Origin: Rhodospirillales bacterium
Lineage (GTDB): Bacteria; Pseudomonadota; Alphaproteobacteria; Rhodospirillales; UBA2165
Assembly (NCBI GenBank): GCA_022822205.1
Contig: JAJECC010000109.1
Location: 505 to 64,504, forward strand
Length of the DNA: 64,000 nucleotides
Reading direction: 5' to 3'
Part shown: in pieces, positions 17,989 to 27,720 of the stretch
How the letters are laid out: each line of letters opens with the position of its first letter
How positions within the stretch are numbered: position 1 is the first letter of the stretch
Position numbers and translations under genes: made by a program
The notes under the pieces: model-generated
Told to the model about the DNA's origin: nothing
The model's input: the letters and a program-made list of their open reading frames with translations, nothing else
Database searches by the model: none

Positions 17989-18747
17989 GTGATAGACTAC
18001 GCCGATGCGTCCAAGCTGCAAGCAGGGGAAGCGCCGAAAGTGAGCGGGCCTCAAATCAAGGTGCTGAGCGCCGGCGCGCCGAAAACGGCGGTGGCGAAAT
18101 GCGCGGATGCATTCGCCGACAGCGCCGGCGTCAGGGTTGCCTGCGAATTCGCGACCGCGCCGGTGATCAGGGAAACCGTCGGCTCGGGCGCCTGCGGCGC
18201 CCATGTCGTCGTGGCGCCCGTTGCCGTCGTGGCCGAGTTCGCGGAAGCGGGACACGTCGTCGGCGGCAGCGGACCGGTCCTGGGATCGGTCAAGGCCGCC
18301 GTCACCATAAGAAACGGCGCCAACGAACCCGACATTTCATCGGCGGAGAATTTGAAACAGGCCCTCCTGGCCGCGGACTCGATCGTCTACAACGTGGCAT
18401 CGAGCGGCCAGTACATCCATTCGATGATCGAAAAAATGGGGATCGCCGAAGAGGTGGCGGATCGCGTCGTTCGGACCAAGACCGGATCGGCGGTCATGGA
18501 GCATCTCGACCGGAGCGGTCTCGCCAATGAGATCGGTTTCGGCCAGGCTACCGCAATTCAGGTCCAGATCGACAAGGGTCTCGACGTGAAGCTGCTCGGC
18601 ACCCTGCCCGCCGAGGTCGAAAAAATATCCACCTATGGCTCGGCTCTATTGGCCGGGGCGGCGGATAACCGGGAGGCCAGGGACCTGTTGGATTTCATGG
18701 CGTCCGATGAAGGCCGGGCGATCTGCAAATCCACCGGCCTGATTTAG
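17989..18747 (+). CDS. Periplasmic-binding-protein-fold protein (ModA / SBP_bac_11-like) without a signal peptide
   Basis: IKVLSAGAPKTAVAKCADAFADSAGVRV...TYGSALLAGAADNREARDLLDFMAS resembles molybdate/anion-binding protein folds. Start is GTG 17989, or GTG 18040 preceded by GGGGAAG. Confidence 0.6.
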   Translation: MIDYADASKLQAGEAPKVSGPQIKVLSAGAPKTAVAKCADAFADSAGVRVACEFATAPVIRETVGSGACGAHVVVAPVAVVAEFAEAGHVVGGSGPVLGSVKAAVTIRNGANEPDISSAENLKQALLAADSIVYNVASSGQYIHSMIEKMGIAEEVADRVVRTKTGSAVMEHLDRSGLANEIGFGQATAIQVQIDKGLDVKLLGTLPAEVEKISTYGSALLAGAADNREARDLLDFMASDEGRAICKSTGLI

Positions 18748-18787
18748 CCCGGTTTCCGGCCATTCCAGGATATCGAAGCCGTTATCG

Positions 18788-20317
18788 TCAGCCGTAAGGA
18801 TCGTGCGCCGCCGCCTTCTCGCGCTTGCCGCCCCGCAGATTCATGACGTAGGGCAGCGCCAGGGAAATAACCAGGAACACCCAAAGCGTATTGCCGATCG
18901 AGCTGGAGAAAAGAACCATGATGTCGCCTTGGGACATTTTCATCGCCCTGAGGAAAAAGGTCTCCATCAACGGTCCCAGGATCACGCCGATCAGTATCGC
19001 GGCAACATGGTAGCCGGTCTTGCGGGCGACGTAGCCGATGACCCCGAACACGAGCGCCAGGTTCATATCGAACAGGTAGGCCCTTGGGACGAACGAGCCG
19101 ACAAGGGTAAATGAGATGATGATCGGCGCCATGTAGACGGTCGACACGACGGTGATGTGCGACATGTACCGGGCCAGCGGCAGAACGGTCAAAATCATCA
19201 GTGCATACGTCACGGCCATGGCCGTAAACGGGCCGAAGGCAAGCTCGGGACTCGTGATGAAGAGATCGGGTCCGACCGTCACGCCGTGAAACTGCAAGAC
19301 GACCAGCATGATGGCCGCCGTCGCGCCGCCCGGAATACCGATCACCAGAAGCGGCACCAGCGTCCCGGACGTCACGCCGTTATTGGCGGATTCCGGCGCA
19401 ATAAGACCTTCGACATGACCCGTGCCGTACAGCTCCGGCGTTTTCGAGTAGGTCTTCGATTGCTGGTAGGCGACAAAGGAGGCAATTGCCGCTCCCGCCC
19501 CCGGCACCACGCCGATGACCAATCCGATCAGGCTGTTCCAGATAATGTGCCACCATTTCGAGACCGCGATGCGCACGCCCTCGAAAGTCTGGGCCCATCC
19601 GGGCTCTTGCATGGCGGCTTTTCCGCGCTCGGTGACGATCGATTGCTTCTCGATGACGGCGAAGGCTTCCGAGATGGCAAACAGGCCGACCAGGGCCGGG
19701 ATCAACGGCACCTTGTCGTAGAGTTCCAGAAACCCGAACGTGCCGCGCGGCGTCTCGTAGACCACGTCGGTGCCGATAAAGCCGATCATCAATCCAAAGA
19801 AACCGGCGATAAGACCCTTCAAGGTGTCCCTTGCGGCAATGGTCGCAATCAGCGAAATGCCGAAAAACATGATCACGATCATCTCCACGCTGTGGAGATA
19901 AAACGCCACTTGCGACAGCCATGGCAAAGTGATCAAGGCGATGATCGTCGTGAACAGACCGCCGGCGATCGAGGCGACGAAGGACATGGATAGCGCCTGC
20001 TGGCCCCGCCCCTGCTTGGTCATGGGATACCCGTCAAGGGGGGTCGCCGCCGCACCGGCGGTCCCCGGAATATTGACCAGAATTGCCGGAATTCCGGCTC
20101 CCATCCGGGAGGACGCATAGAGTCCCACCATGAAGGTCAGGCCGATTTCAGGCTCCAACGCCAGGGTCAGCGGCAACAAGATGATGATCGTATTGGCCGC
20201 GCTGAATCCGGGGATCGCGCCGACTATCAGTCCCAGAAAGATCGATGGAATGAGCACCCACCAAAGCGCAAGGGTGCGGCCGAGCATCTCTGTAAAGAAC
20301 GTGAGATCGTATTCCAT
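18788..20317 (-). CDS. tctA: TTT large permease TctA (canonical, 509 aa)
   Basis: AIPGFSAANTIIILLPLT and GIPGGATAAIMLVVL motifs. Directly abuts the tctB stop. Confidence 0.9.
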   Translation of the reverse strand: MEYDLTFFTEMLGRTLALWWVLIPSIFLGLIVGAIPGFSAANTIIILLPLTLALEPEIGLTFMVGLYASSRMGAGIPAILVNIPGTAGAAATPLDGYPMTKQGRGQQALSMSFVASIAGGLFTTIIALITLPWLSQVAFYLHSVEMIVIMFFGISLIATIAARDTLKGLIAGFFGLMIGFIGTDVVYETPRGTFGFLELYDKVPLIPALVGLFAISEAFAVIEKQSIVTERGKAAMQEPGWAQTFEGVRIAVSKWWHIIWNSLIGLVIGVVPGAGAAIASFVAYQQSKTYSKTPELYGTGHVEGLIAPESANNGVTSGTLVPLLVIGIPGGATAAIMLVVLQFHGVTVGPDLFITSPELAFGPFTAMAVTYALMILTVLPLARYMSHITVVSTVYMAPIIISFTLVGSFVPRAYLFDMNLALVFGVIGYVARKTGYHVAAILIGVILGPLMETFFLRAMKMSQGDIMVLFSSSIGNTLWVFLVISLALPYVMNLRGGKREKAAAHDPYG

Positions 20318-20830
20318 CTAGAAGAGCCCATTCATGAGATTTTCAAATGGGCCGGCGGGAAATCTCGTCTTGAAGGCGACGATGAACAGCAGATATCCGC
20401 CCAATGACAGGGTCGCCGAGAGAGACAGGATCAATCTCTTCTTCGTGAAATCGCTCAACACCAGCATGGCGAGACTCAGGAATAGAAATGTCGTGATGGT
20501 GAAACCCATCCATGGCACGACAAAAATGTATGCAATGGTCAGGCCGAGAAGGGTCAGCCGTTTCGGGATGTACGACCGCGGTTCGATGAGATTGTCGAAA
20601 TTGATCTCGCCGTCGCCCCTGGACAGTTGCCGGAACGATTTTATCAGGATCAAAACGACCAATAGGATCAGCACCGAGCCGACGATGAACGCCGCCACCT
20701 GGGCCGTCCATGGCGCATCCCAGATGGTGTAGAAGTAGTAGACGGTGAACGCCAGCGCGGCGACCGGTATGATCAACTCGCTGCCGATTGAAACGCGTTT
20801 TTTCTCCTGCGCTTCGGCGTCATCCGCCAT
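20318..20830 (-). CDS. tctB: TTT small permease TctB
   Basis: 170-aa four-helix membrane protein between tctC and tctA. Confidence 0.75.
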   Translation of the reverse strand: MADDAEAQEKKRVSIGSELIIPVAALAFTVYYFYTIWDAPWTAQVAAFIVGSVLILLVVLILIKSFRQLSRGDGEINFDNLIEPRSYIPKRLTLLGLTIAYIFVVPWMGFTITTFLFLSLAMLVLSDFTKKRLILSLSATLSLGGYLLFIVAFKTRFPAGPFENLMNGLF

Positions 20831-20867
20831 CGGTCGACTTCCCCCGATGTTTCCTGGCCATGGAGAC

Positions 20868-20895
20868 GGGCGGCGACCGGCTGCGGCCGCCGCCC
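20868..20895 (-). other. GC-rich intercistronic hairpin between tctC and tctB
   Basis: GGGCGGCG-12 nt-CGCCGCCC, an 8-bp perfect stem inside the 87-bp tctC-tctB spacer. Confidence 0.4.
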
Positions 20896-20917
20896 GATAT
20901 CTCCAAGCGGGCCCTTA

Positions 20918-21943
20918 TCAGGTTTGCTTGCCGGCCAGCAGGTCTTTGAACTCCGCGCCGATTTTCGCGATGTTGTCCGCATACTCCTTGGCCTGGGCGG
21001 CATTGCGGAGTCCGACGTATTCCCAAGGTGACTTGGTCTTCGCATAGGCTTCCTTGAACGCCGGATCGGCAAACACCTTCTTCAGCGTCTCTTCGACTTT
21101 CGCGAAGCGGTCGGGATGTTTGGCGATCGCGGATTTCTTGATGCCGAACGCACGGGAACCGGCGATCAGGGACGGCATATTGGTCCCGAAATGCGCGTTC
21201 ATGGTGGGCGCATTGTCGCTCCGTCCCGGCAGCGGATTGGTGTGCGAGAACATCAGCACGACCTTGAAGGTCTTCGCCCGGTTGACGATGCCGCCCGACG
21301 GCAGGGCGCCGAGGTCCATCTCACCGGTGGCCACGCCGGCGCGGGTGTTCTTGCCGCCGGAAAGCGGGATCGGATTGAACTTCGCGCCGGAATGTTTGGC
21401 AAGCGCCAGTGCGCCCAGGGTGGCCGGGTGGGCCAGGCGGCTCACGCCGACATTCAGCGTACGCTTCTTGCCCTCGGCGATGATGTCGTCGACCGTCTTG
21501 AACTTGCTGCGGCGGCTGACGAACAGAATGCCGGGATCGCTGTCGACCTGAGCGAAATACTGGAAATCGTTCAGATCGAAGGTCGGCTTCTTCACCACCC
21601 AATTGAGCACTTCGGGGCCCATGTTGCCGAACAGGAACTCGTACATGTCGTCCTTGGCCAGACCCATGTATTTTTCATAACCGACTCGTCCGGCGGCGCC
21701 CGGGAAAAAGCTCGGCTCGAAGTTCGTGCCGATGTGGTTTTTCCAGACACCGGTGACGGAGCGCAGCAGGCGATCCGCGCCGCCGCCTTCACGGGTCGGC
21801 ACATATACCTTGATATTGCGGTCCGGATACCCGGCGGCGAATGCGCTGCCGAACGGCAGCGACGAGGCTGCGGCGGCGCCCGCCAAAGCGGCCCCGCCTT
21901 TAAGTACCGTCCGGCGATCGAGATTATTGTCGAAGTCCTTCAT
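20918..21943 (-). CDS. tctC: TTT substrate-binding protein TctC (Bug family)
   Basis: Twin-arginine-like leader DRRTVLKGGAALAGAAAASSLPFGSAFA and a PTREGGGADRLLR Bug motif. Confidence 0.9.
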   Translation of the reverse strand: MKDFDNNLDRRTVLKGGAALAGAAAASSLPFGSAFAAGYPDRNIKVYVPTREGGGADRLLRSVTGVWKNHIGTNFEPSFFPGAAGRVGYEKYMGLAKDDMYEFLFGNMGPEVLNWVVKKPTFDLNDFQYFAQVDSDPGILFVSRRSKFKTVDDIIAEGKKRTLNVGVSRLAHPATLGALALAKHSGAKFNPIPLSGGKNTRAGVATGEMDLGALPSGGIVNRAKTFKVVLMFSHTNPLPGRSDNAPTMNAHFGTNMPSLIAGSRAFGIKKSAIAKHPDRFAKVEETLKKVFADPAFKEAYAKTKSPWEYVGLRNAAQAKEYADNIAKIGAEFKDLLAGKQT

Positions 21944-22086
21944 GAAATCCTCCCTGCGGAATGTAGCTCTATTGGTTAACTCTTATATATGAATGATACC
22001 TGCCCGCTCTCGGGCTGCACAACCACAATCGGCGGCGTGCATGCCTGCACAGCCACATGAACGGGCGGTCACACGGTTCAGTCCGC

Positions 22087-23016
22087 CTACCCCCGGTAAA
22101 TGGGCGCCGGCTGGGTGAGAAACGAGTACAGGACCTCGTAAACCATCAGGTAGTTGATCTGCTGGAAACTGGCATGGGAGATGCCGGCCATCACCTTGAA
22201 CTGCTTGTCCGGATTGGGCAGCAGATCGAAGAACTTGAGCAGGTCCTCCATCGACGCGATACCGTCCCATTGACCGCGCATCAACAGCGTCGGCATGGAC
22301 AGCTTCCGCGGATCGACGATGGGCAGGTTTTCGCACATGTCGACGTAGGTCCCGTTGGGGATCGAATCATCCAGCGCACAGATGGCCTCGGCGAAGGCTT
22401 CGACCACCTTGTCTTCCGCACAGCCGGGGTGGTCGCGGGAAAAGATGGAGCGGACGAAATCCAGATCGATGGGCCGCCGCCGGTTGGCCTTGAACTCGGG
22501 CAGTTTTTTGCGGCGGTTCTCGAGCGTCGGGCTGCCTTCGCCTGTCCAGACCATGGCATCGAGCGCCAAGCGGTCGACCATCCCGGGGTTCCGCTGGGCG
22601 AACAACGCGGCGCGCAGCGCGCCCGAGGAAATTCCGTAGAGGTGAACCTTGCCGGCGCCGCGCGTCTCGCGGATATAGTCGCAGGCGGCCTTCAGGTCAT
22701 CGGCTCCGTCTGAAATCATGAAGTGGGAGTCCCGGTCCTTCGACGAGCGGCCGTAGCCTTCCATGTCGACGCACCAGGTGTCGAAGCCCTTGAGGGCGAA
22801 CCAATTCATGGCCGAGGAGTAGGGGCGGCCTTCCACATGAAGATCGAAGGTGGGTTGCGAGGCCATGCTGGAGCCGTGCACGAAGACGATGGTGCCGACG
22901 CCGCCCAAGGGTTGGTCGAGGTACTTCTCGTACAGGAATATCCTGGCATCGCCCTTGTCGGTCCAATGCTCTTCGCCGATTACGTCTTCTTCAGGTCTCA
23001 TCGAAGCCCCGGTCAT
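22087..23016 (-). CDS. Alpha/beta-fold hydrolase
   Basis: GISSG nucleophile elbow and a VFVHGSS oxyanion region. 309 aa. Confidence 0.8.
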   Translation of the reverse strand: MTGASMRPEEDVIGEEHWTDKGDARIFLYEKYLDQPLGGVGTIVFVHGSSMASQPTFDLHVEGRPYSSAMNWFALKGFDTWCVDMEGYGRSSKDRDSHFMISDGADDLKAACDYIRETRGAGKVHLYGISSGALRAALFAQRNPGMVDRLALDAMVWTGEGSPTLENRRKKLPEFKANRRRPIDLDFVRSIFSRDHPGCAEDKVVEAFAEAICALDDSIPNGTYVDMCENLPIVDPRKLSMPTLLMRGQWDGIASMEDLLKFFDLLPNPDKQFKVMAGISHASFQQINYLMVYEVLYSFLTQPAPIYRG

Positions 23017-23116
23017 GAATTTCCCGCCCCCATATAGGTTCCAACCCGATCAACCGTGCAGGCTGATTCCACGTCCGGCAAGCAGTAAAATATCTTGTGA
23101 CCGGCCGGAAACCGAT

Positions 23117-24346
23117 CTAGGAGGCGAGCGCCTCGTAATCTGTTTTCTCGTTCAGATCGATGAACCGCCCCGCCGCCGGCATGGGGTATTTGAGGCCGGT
23201 CGCACAATTGAAAAGGACCGCTCTCTCGGATTTACCGATGCGGCCCGAAGCGAGTTCCCGCTTGTACGCCGCCAGCGTGGCCGCGCCTTCCGGGCACAGC
23301 AGGATACCTTCCTCCCTGGCGCACTCTTCCTGGGCCGCTTGGATCAGATCGTCATCCACGGCCACGGCGAAGCCGCCGCTTTCCCTGACGGCATTCAGAA
23401 TCAAAAAATCGCCTAGGGCGGCCGGAACGCGAATGCCGGCCGCAATCGTATGCGCATCCCGCCACGGTTCCGCATGATCCGCTCCCTGCTCGTATGCCTT
23501 GACGATAGGGGCGCAGCCCGAAGCCTGGACGGCTACCATGCGGGGACGCTTGCGGCCGATCCACCCAATGGCTTCAAGCTCTTCAAATGCCTTCCACATG
23601 CCGATCAGGCCGGTTCCGCCGCCGGTCGGATAGAGGATAATGTCGGGCAGTTGCCAATCGAGCTGTTCGGCAAGTTCCAGTCCCATGGTCTTTTTGCCTT
23701 CGATTCGATACGGCTCCTTGAGGGTCGAGGTATCGAACCAATTCATTGCCGTTTCGCCTTCGCCGACAATGCGCCCGCAGTCGTTGATCAAGCCGTTCGC
23801 GAGAAACGTTTCGGCGCCCTGAAGAGCGATCTCGCGAATGTTCACCTCCGGCGTGTCCTCCGGGCAAAACACGAATGATTCCATGCCGGCCCGGGAGCAA
23901 TAGGCGGCGAGAGCCGCGCCGGCGTTTCCGTTGGTCGGCATCGCCATTCGGGTGATGCCGAGCTCCTTCGCCATCGAAACGGCCAATGCCAGGCCGCGGG
24001 CCTTGAACGATCCGGTGGGCAGCCTGCCCTCGTCCTTTATGAGAATCTCGCCGCCGCCGAACTTCGCCCGCAGCCTCGGCGCCGCAAGTATGGGCGTCAT
24101 GACTTCGCCCAGACTGACGATATTTTCGGACTTCCTGACAGGCAGGAATTCGCGGTAGCGCCAAAGCCCGGGTTCCCGATCCATCAGGTCCGGCTTCTCC
24201 ACCGCCCGGGTCAGGCCATCGAGGTCGTATCGCACAAGCAGCGGCTTTCCGGTTTCGGACAGGCCCTGCACCGTGTCGGCCTCATACTTCCGTCCCGTCC
24301 CGCTGCACTCCAAATGCGTCACAAAAGTCGTAACTTCCCGCATCAC
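23117..24346 (-). CDS. Threonine-synthase-family PLP enzyme (short, ~409 aa form)
   Basis: TGSFKARG PLP-lysine motif and a GGGTGLIG glycine loop. The start is GTG 24346 or ATG 24343. Confidence 0.8.
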   Translation of the reverse strand: MMREVTTFVTHLECSGTGRKYEADTVQGLSETGKPLLVRYDLDGLTRAVEKPDLMDREPGLWRYREFLPVRKSENIVSLGEVMTPILAAPRLRAKFGGGEILIKDEGRLPTGSFKARGLALAVSMAKELGITRMAMPTNGNAGAALAAYCSRAGMESFVFCPEDTPEVNIREIALQGAETFLANGLINDCGRIVGEGETAMNWFDTSTLKEPYRIEGKKTMGLELAEQLDWQLPDIILYPTGGGTGLIGMWKAFEELEAIGWIGRKRPRMVAVQASGCAPIVKAYEQGADHAEPWRDAHTIAAGIRVPAALGDFLILNAVRESGGFAVAVDDDLIQAAQEECAREEGILLCPEGAATLAAYKRELASGRIGKSERAVLFNCATGLKYPMPAAGRFIDLNEKTDYEALAS

Positions 24347-24348
24347 TC

Positions 24349-24388
24349 AATGGCCTCGATTAATGGCCTCAATTAATGGCCCGGCAAT
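24349..24388. repeat. Three tandem copies of a 13-bp unit directly upstream of the ThrC-like gene
   Basis: AATGGCCTCGATT / AATGGCCTCAATT / AATGGCCCGGCAAT. On the coding (minus) strand the first two units each contain GAGGCCATT, and hence a Shine-Dalgarno-like GAGG; the third has GGGCCATT. The last copy ends 2 nt before the GTG at 24346 (5 nt before the ATG at 24343). Confidence 0.8.
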
Positions 24389-24414
24389 CCATATCGCGAC
24401 ACGTCCGCCCGGCG

Positions 24415-25431
24415 TCACGGCCCGTCTTCGCCGACTTCGCCGTCTTCGGGGCCGTAGCTGAAATAGGCCGCGTCGATATCGTCGTGGAGCCGGCGGCAGG
24501 ACTCGCCGATGCCGCGCAGGGTGGCGCGGATTGCCTCTTCGTCCGCCGGATCGCGGTTCGGCCAGTCGTAGTCGATCGCCGCCGCCAGCCGGCCGGCCCG
24601 GCGCCCGGCCTCGGCGATCAGCGGGCGGCCGGCGGAAACGGCGTCGAGCGCCTGGCCGACCTGCCCCAGGGCGTAGCGGATCGAGCGCGACAGCAGCGGG
24701 TCGGCAACCAGGAAATCGACCACGGCGGCGGGGTCGTAGTGCAGCGAATGGAGCCGGCCGTAGGCCTCCCGCGCCGCGCAGATACGCAGCAGCGAGAGCC
24801 AGTCCGGATCGGCCGCCTGATCGACTGCCTGATTGGCCGTCGGGCCGCCGGCCGGATAGACGGCGAGCTGCGCCTCGAGCAGCGCGGAGATCAGCTGCGC
24901 CCGCTCGACGAACCGGCCGAGCTGCAGGAAATGCCAGCCGTCGTCGCGGTACATGTTGCTCCCGGCGATACCGAAGAAGGTGCGCACCGCATCCTCGGTG
25001 CGGCGGTAGAAATCGCCCGGCCGGTCCCGCCAGATATCCGTAATGCCGAGGTCGCGCAGGTCGAAAAAGGCGAGGTTCAGGCAGGCCCACAAATCCTCGT
25101 CGACCACATTGCGCACCTGGCGGGCGTTTTCGCGCGCGTTGGCGAGGCAGCCGCGGATCGAATCGGGGTTGCCGGCATCGAAGGTCAGGTCGTCGGTCAG
25201 GGTGAAGGCGTCGACCAGCATGAACCCCTCGTCGCCCAGGTTCGAGCTGAGTTCGCCGCCGGCCGGCACGCGCCGCAGCCCGCCGTAGAGCCGCCGCCAG
25301 CTCTTGTCGATTTCGTCGACCGGCCGGTCCTTCATGGTCTCCAACTGGTCGGCGATCAGCCGGCAGGAATGCTGCGCCCGCTCCAGATAGCGGCCGATCC
25401 AGTACAAGCCAAGGGCGCTGCGCGACAGCAT
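24415..25431 (-). CDS. Alpha-E domain protein (DUF403 / COG2307 type)
   Basis: MLSRSALGLYWIGRYLERAQHSCRLIADQL is the characteristic alpha-E N-terminus. It lies 4 bp downstream of the ATP-grasp gene. Confidence 0.85.
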   Translation of the reverse strand: MLSRSALGLYWIGRYLERAQHSCRLIADQLETMKDRPVDEIDKSWRRLYGGLRRVPAGGELSSNLGDEGFMLVDAFTLTDDLTFDAGNPDSIRGCLANARENARQVRNVVDEDLWACLNLAFFDLRDLGITDIWRDRPGDFYRRTEDAVRTFFGIAGSNMYRDDGWHFLQLGRFVERAQLISALLEAQLAVYPAGGPTANQAVDQAADPDWLSLLRICAAREAYGRLHSLHYDPAAVVDFLVADPLLSRSIRYALGQVGQALDAVSAGRPLIAEAGRRAGRLAAAIDYDWPNRDPADEEAIRATLRGIGESCRRLHDDIDAAYFSYGPEDGEVGEDGP

Positions 25432-25435
25432 GGCG

Positions 25436-26911
25436 CTAGCCGGAAAGCACCCAGAGGTCCTTGCCGCCGCCGCCCTGGCTCGAATTGACGACGAGGGAGC
25501 CGGGGGTCAGCGCGACCCGGCAGAAGGCGCCGGGGACCATGCGGGTCTCCTTTCCGCGCAGGACGAAGGGACGCAGATCGACATGGCGCGGCGCGGCGCC
25601 GTCCTCGGTCAGGCACGGCGCGCGGGACAAATCGAGGGTCGGCTGGGAAATGTAGTTTTCCGGGGCGGCGCGGATCTTTTCGGCGAAGTCGGCGCGCTCC
25701 GCCGCCGTCGCGTGCGGCCCGACCAGCATGCCGTAGCCGCCCGAGCCGCCGACCTCCTTGACCACCAGCTTGTCCAGATTGTCGAGGGTGTATTCCAGCC
25801 CGTCCGGATCGCGGCACAGACGGGTCTCCACATTGGCGAGCAGCGGCTCCTCGTTGAGGAAATAGCGGATGATGTCCGGAACGTAGGCATAGACGCTCTT
25901 GTCGTCGGCGACCCCGGTGCCGGGCGCGTTGGCGATGGTGACGTTGCCGAGCCGGTAGGCGTCGAACAGGCCGGGCGTGCCGAGCACCGAATCGGGCCGG
26001 AAGGTCAGGGGATCGAGGAAATCGTCGTCGATCCGCCGGTAGATCACGTCAACGCGGCGCAGCCCGCCGGTCGTGCGCATGTAGACGAAGCCGTCGCGGG
26101 CGACCAGGTCGGCGCCCTGCACCAGCTCCACGCCCATCTCGCGGGCCAGGAACATGTGCTCGTAGAAAGCCGAGTTGTAGACGCCCGGCGTCATCAGGAC
26201 GATGGTCGGGTCGGGGCCGCCGTGCGGCGACAGTTCGGCCAGCGTCCGGCGGAGCAGCCGGCCGTAATGCTCGATCCCGCGCACCCGGTGCCGGCGGAAC
26301 GCGTCGCGCAGGCTCGTCTTGACCGCCGCGCGGTTGGCCAGCATGTAGGACACCCCCGACGGCACCCGCAGATTGTCCTCCAGAACCAGGAAGCCGTCAT
26401 GGGTCCGCACCAGGTCGGTGCCGCACACCGAGACATAGGCGCCGTGGGGGACGTCGACGCCCTGCATGGCGTCGCGTAACTGCGGGCAGCCGCGCACCAG
26501 GTCGGCCGGGCTGACGCCGTCGGCGATGGCCCGGCCGGGGCCGTAGATATCGGCCAGGAACAGGTTGAGCGCCTCGAGACGCTGGCGCAAGCCGCGCTCA
26601 AGGAAATCCCAATGTTCGGCGGCGACGATCCGGGGAACGATATCGATCGGGATGATGCGCTCCTGCGCGCCTTCCTCGCCGTAGACCGAAAAGGTGATGC
26701 CTTCGTGCAGGAAGGACCGCTCCGCGCGCTCCTGCATGGTCGCCAGCGCGTCCGGCGGCGTCTCGCCGAGGGCGGCCCATAATTCGCGGCAATGGTCCCA
26801 CGGCGAACCGCCGGTGTCGAACATCTCGTCGTAGAACACCGGATCGGTCTCGTAGCCGGCGAAAAGGTGGCCTTCTTCCGGCGGCGGCGCGCCGCTATCG
26901 GCTTCGGTCAT
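25436..26911 (-). CDS. Circularly permuted type-2 ATP-grasp protein (COG2308 type)
   Basis: 491 aa with the family's typical layout (…GITFSVYG…, …VVKEVGGSGGYGMLVGP…). Always paired with alpha-E. Confidence 0.85.
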   Translation of the reverse strand: MTEADSGAPPPEEGHLFAGYETDPVFYDEMFDTGGSPWDHCRELWAALGETPPDALATMQERAERSFLHEGITFSVYGEEGAQERIIPIDIVPRIVAAEHWDFLERGLRQRLEALNLFLADIYGPGRAIADGVSPADLVRGCPQLRDAMQGVDVPHGAYVSVCGTDLVRTHDGFLVLEDNLRVPSGVSYMLANRAAVKTSLRDAFRRHRVRGIEHYGRLLRRTLAELSPHGGPDPTIVLMTPGVYNSAFYEHMFLAREMGVELVQGADLVARDGFVYMRTTGGLRRVDVIYRRIDDDFLDPLTFRPDSVLGTPGLFDAYRLGNVTIANAPGTGVADDKSVYAYVPDIIRYFLNEEPLLANVETRLCRDPDGLEYTLDNLDKLVVKEVGGSGGYGMLVGPHATAAERADFAEKIRAAPENYISQPTLDLSRAPCLTEDGAAPRHVDLRPFVLRGKETRMVPGAFCRVALTPGSLVVNSSQGGGGKDLWVLSG

Positions 26912-27031
26912 GGCCGAATCATAGGAAGCCCCGCGGCGCAGGACAACCTTTATCGGCCCGGCGTTATCGGACCCGGCCGGGGCCGCTTCGCAATCATCGG
27001 CGGTGCAAGGCGCTTGTCTAAACGACCCCGG

Positions 27032-27715
27032 CTAACCCGCGGCGCGGAGATAGCGGTTCATCCGCCGTTCGCCGAGGCGGAAGGCGCCGGTGACGGCCAG
27101 CGCCAGGATCAGGTACAGCGCGGCGGCGTAGAGATAGACCGCGTCGTCGTAGCCGCGCGAGAAGACCGAGCGGGTTTCGCCCATCAGGTCGTAGACCGTG
27201 ATCGTGCTGACCAGCGCGCTGCCCTTGAGCAGGAGGATGACCTCGTTGCCATAGGCCGGCCAGGCGATGCGGATCGCGCGCGGCAGGACGATCCGGCGAT
27301 AGACCGCCGCCCTCGGCATGCCGCAGGCGTCGGCCGCCTCGACCTCGCCTTTCGGCACGGCGGCAATCCCGCCGCGCAGGATTTCCGCGACATAGGCCGC
27401 CGTGTTCAGGCTCAGGCCGAGCAGCCCGCAATATTCGGCGTCGCCGAGCACGATCCAGAGCGGGCCCTCCCGCACCGCCTCGAACTGGGCGAGGCCGTAA
27501 TAGAGCAGGGCCAGCTGGACGATCAGCGGCGTGCCGCGGAAGAAGTAGATGTAGAGATACGCCGGAACGGAAACCCAGCGCCGGTCCGACCGCCTTGCCA
27601 GCGCCAGCGGGACCGCGAGAACCAGCCCGATCATGCAGGCCAGCGCGACCAGCCTGACGGTGATGACCGCGCCGTCGATCAGCCGGTCGCCGTATGTGAT
27701 CCACAGGTCGAGCAT
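27032..27715 (-). CDS. Polar amino-acid ABC transporter permease (HisM-like)
   Basis: 227 aa with an EAA-loop region EAADACGMPRAAVYRRIVLPRA. Confidence 0.85.
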   Translation of the reverse strand: MLDLWITYGDRLIDGAVITVRLVALACMIGLVLAVPLALARRSDRRWVSVPAYLYIYFFRGTPLIVQLALLYYGLAQFEAVREGPLWIVLGDAEYCGLLGLSLNTAAYVAEILRGGIAAVPKGEVEAADACGMPRAAVYRRIVLPRAIRIAWPAYGNEVILLLKGSALVSTITVYDLMGETRSVFSRGYDDAVYLYAAALYLILALAVTGAFRLGERRMNRYLRAAG

Positions 27716-27720
27716 CGGAA

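Noticed and set aside
24347-26479. Several 170-370-aa ORFs on both strands over the alpha-E and ATP-grasp genes
   Set aside because: They are low-complexity Arg/Pro/Gly products, and the alternative frames carry the recognisable alpha-E and ATP-grasp sequences.
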